Shown here: in pieces, positions 47,336 through 58,455 of the stretch | Layout of the letters: each line of letters opens with the position of its first letter | How positions within the stretch are numbered: the first letter of the stretch is position 1 | NCBI RefSeq assembly: GCF_009914755.1 | Contig: NC_060937.1 | DNA from: the human T2T-CHM13v2.0 reference genome, Homo sapiens | DNA: 64,000 nucleotides | Direction: 5' to 3' (one strand) | The notes under the pieces: model-generated | The model's database searches: none | The model's input: only the letters and a program-made list of their open reading frames with translations | Told to the model about the DNA's origin: nothing | Program-made: the position numbers and the translations under genes

Positions 47336-49064
47336 ACACAAGCTTTCTGACTCTAGCACAAGGCACAGCCCCAAACAAGGCACAGGCCAGGTGCCATGGG
47401 ACTCAGTGGTTCCTGCTAAAGGACATGGCCACTTTCCTCTGTGCCTACTTCACAGCTCTGTCTGACACCCATCCTGTCACATTGTGTGTAACGACCTCCT
47501 CTTCCGCCTCTTTGATAAGCTCCACCAGGGAGGTCCTCCCCAGTGAGGTCTTGCACAGCGGGTGTTCTATGCCAGTGAGGGAATAAAATCATGAAAGCAT
47601 TCCAGCCCCACAGCTCCCACATCCCCGTCTGTGTGACCAGTGCTTTCAATCACAGCAAAATGATGCCCATGGCCTTTTCAAAGTCCTGCTGTGGAAGATG
47701 TCTCTCTCTGTCACTCACCATCACCCGTTCTTCAAATATGAGCTGCTCATTCATCAGGCTTGTGTTGGATGGTCACTCTGAGCAAGGCGCCAGAGACAAA
47801 ATGCAGAGCCACTCCAAGTCCTTATCATGGAGGAATTGACAGGTCTTGAAGCAGCTTTCTCTCTCTCTCTCTTTCTCTTCCTCTCCTCCCTCAAACGTTC
47901 AGAACTCAAATGATGATTATTTCTTTTCTTTCTCACTTTTACATTTTACATTGAGACTTTCACCTCCGTGTAACCTTTAAGTACACCCAATACACAGCGT
48001 AGCTGAATGTGACAAAGGTCAACATGCAAAACAAAAGCAGTGTTGTGCGTGTGTGTGAGAAAAATGTCTATGTTACGTCTGTGCTCATGTCTACTTAGGA
48101 CCTCCGAGTTGGGACTTGGGCATCCTCTGTGGATGGTGTCTCTTTACTCTGATTTTATCATCTGCATCTCCCCATCATAAACATTACGTCCACATACAGA
48201 CACATTAGCTGCCTGGCAAAGGAGCTGTCATGCTGGCCTGTCTCATGTATGTTTAGGGTTTCCAATAGGCCCTGGTGGTCCTGGCACCTCTGATGTGGGT
48301 GCCCCATTTTCCACCTGCAGTCCTGTCTTTGGGCTGTGTGGCCCACGTGGCTGGCCTTCACTCTGTGCACTTCCTCCTCACTGCCACCAGCACACTCTTC
48401 TCACACTCCATTTCATTGCCTAAAAAGGAACTTGTTCTTGTCAGGTAGACAAGGAATAAATAATAGAGCTAGGGTTCTGCTAGTACATGACAGAGAAGTG
48501 AAGACATTGACAATTTAGGACTCAGCATGTGTAAAGTACACCCTTCAGATGACAAAATCAGTGAAGGCAGCCAAGGCCACTTTCAACAGAGGACACGTGG
48601 TAGAGAGAATGATCCACGGTACGCTGCAAGGAAAACTGTAGGTCTAGGGTAAAATAATCACAGATCCCCTACCCATGTCAATTGCAATTCCATTTATCTC
48701 TGAAGCCATATGTATGAAGAGCACATACTTTATGTGGATCTACACAGGAGAACAGAGTCTAAAAGAGGAGGTCATTTTGAAATATTCATGGAGATTGATG
48801 ACCACTAAAAATTACTGGGAAGTGGGCTGGTGAGGTATAGTGAGAGAGTGGAGTTTGGAATTCATCCCTTGGGGTTGGAATCCTAGCCCAGCCACTTCTA
48901 ACAATGTGACTGAGCTGCTTAGTGGAAATAAATATCCACCCTTTATCAAACAAGTGTTATCTTATGAGGACATTTATGTATGTTCTCACCTAATGTTCAC
49001 ATCAACTCTGAGCGGTGGGAACTATTGTTATCCCTATTTTTATGATTAGAAAACTGAGGCTAAG

Positions 49065-49600
49065 ACAATACCAAGTTTTAGTGAAGGTGGGGGACCATGT
49101 AGAACTCTCTTCTACCACTTGTGGGAGTGTAAACTGATACAAGCATTTTGAAAAAAAAAGCTTGGCCGTAGCTACAGAAGGTAAACATATGCACACCTGA
49201 TAGTCTGGCAGTACCACTCCTGGGTAAATACCCAACAAGAGTGTGATTTTTTTTCCACTAAAAGCATGTTCATGTCCTGGCCACATAGTAACCAAAAGTA
49301 AAACAATCTAATTGTCCATCAACAATAGAATAGGACATAGTATATTCAAACAGCAGAATACTACACAGCAATGAAAAAAATGAACAAGTGTTACACAGAG
49401 CAACATGGATGAATCTCAGACATACTGTTAAGGAAGTCAGACACAAAAGTATACATCCTGCATGACTCCATTTATATGAAGTTCAAAAACAGAAGTAATT
49501 TATGGCAATAAACGTTAATGTTTACCTTTGGGGTACTGGGCATTGCTAACGGGGGGGAGGGGCACATAAGGGAGTCTTTTGAGGCGCTAGAAATTTTCAG
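49065..49600 (+). mobile_element. L1ME fragment
   Basis: TGGGAGTGTAAACTGATACAA...GAATACTACACAGCAATGAAAA...GCAACATGGATGAATCTCA...CCATTTATATGAAGTTCAAAAACAG. Confidence 0.75.
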
Positions 49601-49611
49601 TATTTTCATGT

Positions 49612-49880
49612 TGTATTAGTTTTCTATGATGTGGAACAAAGCACCACAGTGTGTTAAAAACTATGCACATTTATTTTCACACTTTTAAGCGAGTTTCCAG
49701 GGGTGAGGAGTCTGGGCACAGCTTAGCTGGCTCCTCAGCTCAGGGCCTCATGAGGCTGCTGCCACAGTTGGGCTGGGCTGTGTTCTCATAGAGAAGCTTG
49801 ACTGGGGGAGAATTTGCTCCCAAGCTCATTCTTAGTGTCGACAGAATTCACTTCTTTGGAGCTGTGTGACTGATAGACCA
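49612..49880 (-). mobile_element. MLT1D/E-like LTR fragment
   Basis: TGTATTAGTTTTCTAT...GGAGTCTGGGCACAGCTTAGCTGG...CTCAGGGCCTCATGAGGCTG. Confidence 0.7.
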
Positions 49881-49881
49881 G

Positions 49882-50240
<359 letters not shown>

Positions 50241-50689
50241 TAGTGAAAGATGAAAGGGGGATTCTATGAAAGGTCTATGTGCCTCTGTGGTGCTCCATCC
50301 CCAGTGACAGAGATCTGTCACGGAAGAACTTTAGGGCCTACTGTGTAATGATGGAGTCCAAGTGATAAACCAAAAATTGACAGATGAAGCTATCAATCAT
50401 GAAAATTTAATAAAGAAGACAGGTTTTTCAGGAGTTACTCAATTAAATCAAAGAGAATACTGCTTGTGAAGGATGGCTCTGGTAAAGTGGTCTGCATCAG
50501 TGCTAGTCCACACACACTCTCGGTGCCTAGATTCATTATTTAAAGTGGGACTGATGGGCAGTGGGATGGAGTGGAAGCTTACAGGGCTTTCAGAACCAAG
50601 CCAGAGTCAGTGAGTGGCAGAGACAGCTCTTTACTGCAAAATCCCAATGGCTTTCTGCAGATTCTGGCCTGCAGATTAGAAAATGGGAC

Positions 50690-51300
50690 ATTTTTAAAAA
50701 CTGTGGTAAAATACACATAAGACTTACCATTTTAACAATTTTAAGTGTGCAATTCAGTACATTAAGTACATTCATATTGTTATGCAACCGTCACCATCAT
50801 CCATCCACAGAACATTTCTCATCTTGCAAAACTGACATTCTGTCCCCATTAAGCAGTAACTCCCCACTTTCCCACTGCAGCCTCTGGCAATCACCATTCT
50901 ACTTTCTGTCTGTGAATTTGCCTACTCCAGATACCTCATATAAGTGAAATCCTACAGTATCTGTCCTTTTGTGATGGGCTTATGCATTTAATGTAATGTC
51001 CTCAGGGTCCACCTGTGTTGCTGCGTGTGTCGGAATTTTGTTCCTCTTTAAGGCTGAGTGATATTCCATTGTATGTATTTACTACATCTTGTTTATTCAT
51101 CCATCCATTGATGAATACTTGGGTTGCTGTCACCTTGTGGCTGTGTGAATACTGCTGCTATGAAAGTGGGTGTACAAATATCTGTTCGAGTCCCTGCTTT
51201 CAGTTCTTTTGGGTATATCCCAGAAGAGGGATTGCTGGATGATACGGTAATTCTAGTTTTTTGATTTTTGAGGAATTGCCATACCTGTTGTCCACAGCAA
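50690..51300 (-). mobile_element. L1MB 3' end
   Basis: Same motif series as 42626-43162 (TTACCATTTTAAC...ATTAAGTACATTCA...TCTTTTGGGTATATCCCAGAAG). Confidence 0.85.
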
Positions 51301-52239
51301 CTGTGAGGACAGCGTGAGACCGTTTATTCTCCTCTTTTGCCTGTAGCTGCCCTGCCCATTCGTATTCCCCCCTCCAAACCCAGGTGTGATGGGGGCCCTG
51401 TCTCCGAGCAGACAGGGAGGCACCGTAGATGGCACACTGGATCTGGCTCCTGGCCCACCCCATCTGTACTCTAGTCCTTTGGCCTTGATGACCCATTCCT
51501 GGAGGCAAAATGCTTTCCTCTCTGTGCCTCAATTAATTGGGTTTCCCAGCACCCCAACAGCCAAATAGATACTTATGTGCTAAGATAATGTGATAAATGC
51601 CAAACATTATTCTGTCATCCTAGGAAGCTTCAAATTAGAGAGAGATCTGCTCTAGTAAACTGTAGAATAAAATATAGCAAACGCACCTTATCCATTCTAA
51701 TCAATGATAGCCACCAGTTATTGAGCATTTGACCACGTGCCAGGCAGTGAGCTGGGACTTTACATACATTATTACACTTAATTTTCACCATAAGATATCA
51801 CAGATAAGGAGCCGGTCAAAGTGAGGTTATGAAGTTTTCCTAGAACCCACATGGACAGAGAGCAGAAGAGGCTCAGGTTCTCTCCTGCTCTCTTGGGTCT
51901 TGCCTTATGTGCCAGAGGCATCTGTGGTTCAACCAACCCCCTTTTGTCCCCTGCCACCTTCACAACCAACAAGATGCTGGAGGCTGCTAGATGAAGATAA
52001 AAATGTCAGTGATATTACTGACAAAATCATCTGGAGAATGAGTGCACAATTGTTGCTAATGATCTCTGAGTGACCTCCCAGCTCCTTTGCCTCTGCTTCC
52101 CTAACCAGGTCTAGACCTTAAGTTACTCCCTCCAGGTGAAAGTCTGGTCTGTGGCATCCAGACACTGACCGCAGATTTCTCCCAGCCGTAGTCTGGGCGG
52201 AAAGGTTAAAAAAGAGTGAATACTCTGTGCTGTTAATAA

Positions 52240-52623
<384 letters not shown>

Positions 52624-52849
52624 GGTAACTCCTTTTTCTGCAGTAGAGGGTGGGGCGGAAGCCATACGGGTTACTTTATAGGAGCTCCTCAAAGAAAAAA
52701 AACTGAAATGAGGAGAAAGGAGTTTCCTTTCTGCCCTGTACCTCTTGAGAAACCCCTGCTGAATGGAACTTTCAGCAGATGGAATACAGCATTGCTTCTC
52801 CCCAACCCTGGGGGAGCTCACAGCACTGCTTTGTTCAGAGCATTTTCAA

Positions 52850-53040
52850 ACAGGAGCATGAGATCAAATCCTGGCTCCACTGCTCACCAGCTGTGTGACC
52901 TCAGATGATTCGTTCAACCCTTCTAACTTCATTTGCCCCATATATAAAATGAGAAGGATAACTGTACCTCAAGGATTGTCTTGAGGATTTAAGAAAATGA
53001 TGAATGTAAACAACGTGGCATAAGTGTCCAACAAATATTA
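52850..53040 (+). mobile_element. MIR
   Basis: TCAAATCCTGGCTCCACTGCTCACCAGCTGTGTGACCTC...TACCTCAAGGATTG. Confidence 0.7.
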
Positions 53041-54437
53041 AGGGAAAGACACATTCTAGTTTTGGAGATGTTATGTGGAACAACAACAAAAAAAGCGCGT
53101 TAGACTTAGTGAGAGGTGGTAGTTTCTATCCTTAGACACTCTCCTGCAGAAAGCATCAGTGTTGTTAGGACGAACTTGGGTGAAAGTTTTGAATATTCAG
53201 GCTCCAGTTAGAGTCTTGAGTACCAAAAGATCAGCAGAGAAGAAAAGAGGTCACCGACCTTTGGAGGTTCCCACTTGCAGGAAACAACAGAATGCAGATG
53301 CCGGCCTTGTCTGCGAGGCTGTGAGTGATGGCGGCCATGTGGATAGAGAGCCATGTTGACAGAAAGCCACTGCGGGAGACCTAGGCTTTTACACAGAGGC
53401 CACATTGTGATTCCCGCAGGAATGGTAGAAATGGAAGGAAATTTAGCTATTGCTCGTCCTAATCTCTGACTTAACAGAATGGAAAAGCAAGAATAAGCGT
53501 CGGCTGGTGATGTACTCCCGTGATGAACACAGCTGGTTAGAGCCAGGTTGGACTGCGCCGCCTCTTCATGTCAGATCAGTGAATTTTCTCTTGAGCCATC
53601 CTGCCTTCCTCTAATAGATTTGTAATCTGAACCCAGACATATCTTTTATCCCAGGCGCTCAAAAGGTTTTCACTGAAACCCTGAAAAAAATATTTTTTAA
53701 AACTCACAAACAAACAATCAGCAAGCACCTGTATGTGCTAAGTTGATAGATAGTAAGAGTCTTACATGGGCTAAAGTTTTAATTCTCCACCCAATGCAGA
53801 GTGAGGTCCCACTGTCACCGGCTCACTGACGAGGAAGCTGAGATTCAGCAAGGTCCAGCACTCGCCCAGGGCTTGTACAGGGCCTCAAGGATGCGGGGGT
53901 CTTCAGGTCTAGTTGGTATCACTCCACAGAAATCCATTCATCTGAGGGCCAGGCCTGTTTCCCAAGGACATAGTTTCAAATATAGTGCTTTCTTCACTAT
54001 AAAAAGTATTGCATGTAAATGTTAATAGTGGTTTCCAAGTAGGCAGAAATAACCTTTTGAAACACAATTTTTTTAAAAGAAAAATCAAAATCTGCTCCTC
54101 AGATTTGTGCTAATTCTAAAGAGATAATAAAAAAACCCCTCAATTTAGACCGTGATAGTTTTTTTAAATAATACTAACATAGATTTCATTTTAGCATTTG
54201 TGAGTGCTTTGTGCAGATTTTTTATAGAGTAGAAATAAAATGGAACAGTCAATGATATTAGCCTCACATACTATGTTTCTAAAATTTTCCAAGGTTTGGT
54301 TTTTACATTTTTTCAGCTTTAAAAATACATGGTCATTGTTAAAACTTGGGGTAATTTCAATAACAATTCAAAGAATTAAATAAAATTTGCCCATATTTCC
54401 ACCACCCACAGATAATTATCATTAATCTTGGAGTGTG

Positions 54438-54730
54438 CTTTAATTAATAGACTATTTTTAGAGCAGTTTTAGGTTTAGAAAACAGGAATGGAAAGTACAC
54501 GGAGTTCTGATGTACTCCCTCACGCCCCTCCCTCCACACACAGCTGCTTGTACTGACATCTTACATTCGAGTGGCACATGTGTTATGATTGATGGGCCCA
54601 TGTTGTTACATTAAGATGAACTAAGTCCATTACTTACAGGAGGCTCACGCCGCATGCTGTTCATTCTGTGAGTTTTGAGAAATGCATAATGACATGAAGC
54701 CACCATTATAATGTCATACAGAGTTTTTTC
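54438..54730 (-). mobile_element. L1MC 3' end
   Basis: TAGACTATTTTTTAGAGCAGTTTTAGGTTTA...GAAAGTACACGGAGTTC...AAATGCATAATGACATG. Confidence 0.75.
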
Positions 54731-55270
54731 AATATTTTAAAAAACATACATAAAATTAATTTTCACTTTTCATTGGGTAATATAATTTTTGTTTTTTATT
54801 TTACAGATTGTGGGTATTGTTCTTTGATTATAAAAGACAATAGACATTTATAAATAATAGTGCTGGCCACTAAATGAATCATCTAAAAAACTACACTGGT
54901 AGAAAGCATGCATTTATTTTATGAATTCCATTAGCTGCCTATCAGGGAACATGGAGCACTGGGGCACAGATCCCAGCACAGAAGGGTTTGCTTCTCTCCT
55001 GTGGTTTTCATGTCAATTAATGATTAGACCTTGAGCCTCACAAGAAAGGTGATAGGCCTTTGAGTCGGTTTACTGCAACAGTCTACTCAAGACTTGCCCC
55101 AGGCCCTGGGAAACATGTAGGTTTAAAAATCCCTACCCTCCGTTTTCCTTTCACAGGGAGTGAACTTCTGGCCCAGGCAGTGGGCAGTGGGGCACGGTTG
55201 CCCCGGAGATGAGACTCCTCTTCCCGCCCTGGGGGGTGGGGGCTGGCTGGTGGCTGAGGGAACTATTTTT

Positions 55271-55568
55271 GTTTGTTTCTTTTTTTAAAAAACGGAGTCT
55301 GGCTGTGTCCTCCAGGTTGGAGTGCAGTGGCGCGATCTCGGCACACTGCAACCTCCGCCTCTCGGGTTTAAGTGATTCTCCTGCCTTAGCCTCCTGAGTA
55401 GCTGGGATCACAGGCGCCTGTCACCACGCCCGGTTAATTTTTATTTTTATTAGAGACGGGGTTTCACCATGTTGGCCAAGCTGCTCTCAAATTCCTGACC
55501 TCAGGTGATCCGCCCACCTCGGCCTCCAAAAGTGCTAGGATTACAGGCAAGAGCCACTGCGCCTGGCC
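55271..55568 (-). mobile_element. Alu SINE (AluSx-like) abutting the promoter
   Basis: TSD GGGAACTATTTTT (55258-55270) / GGGAACTGTTTTT (55570-55582). Confidence 0.95.
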
Positions 55569-55589
55569 GGGGAACTGTTTTTGATGGGT

Positions 55590-56640
55590 GGGGTCCCCGG
55601 CTGTGGTTGGTAGTGTGGGGGCGTGGCCGAGGGTGTGGCCTGAGGGAGTGAGCTAACCGGGGGCGTGGCCTGATATGGGGCGGGGGGAAGAGCCGGGCTG
55701 GGGGCGTGGCCTGGTGGGGAGCGGGGCTGGGGCGTGGCTTGGCTGAGTGTGCTGCCGCGGCGCGGGAGGAGAGTGTGCGTTGCGCTTTCTCCCGCGATCG
55801 CCCTGCCGGTCGCTAGCTCCGAGGGCGCGCACTGGATCCCAGGCTCCTCCGAGAGTGCGGCGACCTCGGGGCTCCGCCGGCACCGGAGGTGGCTCTGAGG
55901 GCAGGGACGTGTTGGACACGCTGACTTTGTAGGCTCCGCCAAGAGGCGCCGCAGGAGGTAAGACGGCTTCGGGCGCGCGGCTCTGCCGGGCGGGCGCGGG
56001 CATGGGCTGTTAGGTAGAATATCGGGAGGATTTGAGTCCCAGTGGACTGCCTCGGGGCTTCGGGATGTCCAGCTCCCAGCTGCTTGGCCTCTGCTTCCCC
56101 CGCCGGTGGAGGCTACCGGGTGCTCACCTGTTAGGTCCGTGCGCCCGCTCCCTGCCCGGCGGTGGCTCTGCGCCCTCTGGGCCACCCGGCACCATCGCTT
56201 TTGGGAGGACATGCACGTGGTGTTCTCGCAAAAGGCCGTTTCCAGCCGGAAGCCTGCAGGGAGGTCGCCTTGTAACTTCACCCGCGCTCCCAGCTCGCGG
56301 GGCCTGGCCTACAGGGGCGGCCGTGGGGGTGGCAGAGTCTGGGGAGCCTGGCGCGGCGGAGCCCTGTAACGCTCTGCTCCATCGGGTGGCGTGGCTGGTG
56401 CCTCCGGGGACCCGGAGCGATGCGGTTGGAGAGCTTAGTTTAGAAAGCAAGTTTCTCTTGGTACCAGCGGAGTCTCGTCCCAGGGGAAAGATTTTGGGAC
56501 CCGGTGCCCATCGTCTGTGGACTGCAGGGAATGCATTGGCGGAGTTGGTTTGGTCCCATTCTGTGCAGGAGGTGGGGGAATTGGTACTCCAGCCCCAGGC
56601 AGGTAGAAGCCCGCGCTGCTGCCAGCGTCAGGGGGAGCTC
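55590..56640 (+). promoter_or_regulatory. SPATA13: CpG-island promoter (likely SPATA13/ASEF2)
   Basis: Only non-Alu CpG-dense kilobase in the window; GGGGCGTGGC x4 and a GGGGCGGGG box at 55618-55738; no TATA box. Gene name inferred from MIR2276 lying just downstream (recalled as SPATA13-intronic). Confidence 0.85.
55745..55957 (+). other. SPATA13: Non-coding first exon (5' UTR); start approximate
   Basis: Follows the GC-box array, contains no ATG, and ends at a strong donor GAG|GTAAGA (GT at 55958). Confidence 0.7.
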
Positions 56641-57440
56641 GGGTGACTTGGGCTGGGCCACCCATCTGACTGCAAGGTTACAGAGCTTGAGCAAATTTCC
56701 CCTCCCTCCAAGTGCAGGAAAACCAAACCAAAGCAAGCAAACAAAACCCTGTGGGTCATTTGCTTCCCAGCATTGCATAGGGATGTGGATAAATAGAATA
56801 ATACTGTGAATTTATTCAGCTCTTGTTCCCATGGCTTCCCATAGCCTTATATTATGCACCTCCCCCTGCCAGCATTTTCTCTGTCCCCACCTTCGGTTTT
56901 TGCTGCCTCGTGTTTTCTTCTCTGTGAACCTTTCCTGGTCACCCAGCGATTTGCTCTCCTTTATTCCCCTTGCTAACAGGCGGAGAAATCTCACTCCTTT
57001 TCTTTTTCCACCTTTCCCAACAAATTCTCCTTTTTTCCTAATGTCCCCCTCCCCCGTCTTGCAAACTTCCTCACTGCATTATTCTCGGGGTGCCTGTCAT
57101 GCACCCTCCCTGTTCTCTGCCCTCCTCCCGCACTTTAGAGTTTCATGTGGCTTTGTCTTATTATCCCATATCCTAATTCTCATCTACCTCCCTTGGCCCC
57201 CACGTTTGCCATCTGCCTCCACCCAGTTCTCCCATCTCCTTCCTTATTTGTGCTCCCGTGCATATGCAGGTTTCTTCCTTGTTTCCCCATGTTTCTCCCA
57301 CAGGTGCTTTCTTCCCTTTGCCCTACTTCTCCCTGGCAGGCGCTCTGCCCAGCCACAGCCTGCCCCGCCTGGAGGGCACACCTTGCCTCAGTGCCTTCTG
57401 CTGCGGTTTTCCATGCTCCATCAGCATCCCTGGGTTCCTT

Positions 57441-57529
57441 GTGTTCTTCCAGTCCGCCCTCTGTCACCTTGCAGACGGCTTTCTCTCCGAATGTCTGCAA
57501 GTGTCAGAGGCGAGGAGTGGCAGCTGCAT
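57441..57529 (+). ncRNA. MIR2276: pre-miRNA hairpin mir-2276
   Basis: Visible stem: CTTGCAGAC pairs with GTCTGCAAG and CCTCTG with CAGAGG. Arms GCCCTCTGTCACCTTGCAGACG (57456-57477) and TCTGCAAGTGTCAGAGGCGAGG (57494-57515) match miR-2276-5p/-3p as I recall them. Confidence 0.9.
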
Positions 57530-57639
57530 CTCTGCAGGAGGACTCTGGATTTCAGGACCCTCCCTTCTGCCACTGCTTCTGACTGATTGTTTTCTTATTG
57601 AAGTCGTATCCTCTACATAGTTCTAGAATTAATGTCAAT

Positions 57640-57840
57640 ATTGATGTTAGGTAGCATCTACCAAACTCTGGGTGTGTGCCAAGCACTGTTCTGAGGGCTT
57701 AACGTGCATCAGTACTCATTTAAAATCCTCCACACATCCCTATAATGTAGGATCTACTACTGTCCCCATTTGACAGATGAGAAAAGGAAGGCTCAGAGGA
57801 GGTAACCGGCATGGCTTCTTGCCACTGCCTAGCAGTGGAG
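57640..57840 (-). mobile_element. MIR
   Basis: TGTGCCAAGCACTGTTCT...TGTCCCCATTTGACAGATGAGAAAA...GGCTCAGAG. Confidence 0.75.
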
Positions 57841-58139
57841 GCCCTCTTCTCACCAGACAGTGGAGCTTCCCTGCTGGGTGACCTCTTGAACTCAGGCATG
57901 CCTGGAGTTTAGCTTTGGAAAGGAGGTTGTTATATGACATGTTTTATTTAGTCTGCAATGTACACCAGTGGAGGACACGAATTCTATACCTGTAGGACAG
58001 TGCATGGAGAAAAACCTAATGCCGGCTGTCCCTCAGAAAGCCTGGGGCCAGTGCCTGGGCTGTCACCTCATCCATGCTATCAGTCTACTTTCCCTCTTAG
58101 CCACAGAAAGCCCTGAAGAAAGTGGCATAAAAATGACCT

Positions 58140-58455
58140 GGCTGGGCACAGTGGCTCATGCCTGTAATCCCAGCACTTTGGGAGGCCGAGGTAGGAGGAT
58201 TGCTTGAGCTCAGGAGTTCAAGACCAGCTTAGGCAGCATAGCAAGACCCCATCTCTAAAAAATAAAAATAAGAAATCAGCTGGTTGTGATGGCGCACTCA
58301 CCTGTAGTTCCAGGTGCTCAGGAGGCTGAGGTGAGAGGATCTCTTGAGCCTGGGAGGTTGAGACTGCAGTGAGCTATGATTTTGCCACTACACTCCAGCC
58401 TGGGTGACAGAACGAGAGACTCTGTCTCTAAAAAAATTAAGTTAAATTAAAAAAG
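58140..58455 (+). mobile_element. Alu SINE (AluJ-like)
   Basis: GGAGGATTGCTTGAGCTCAGGAG and GAGACTGCAGTGAGCTATGAT. Confidence 0.93.

Noticed and set aside
55935-55952. CTCF-like CCGCCAAGAGGCGC in exon 1
   Set aside because: Mismatch at the core AG position, and such matches are frequent in GC-rich DNA.
55541-56646. 246-aa and 204-aa ORFs in the CpG island
   Set aside because: GC-rich sequence lacks stop codons; products are P/R/G/A-rich and low complexity, partly Alu-derived or with non-ATG starts.
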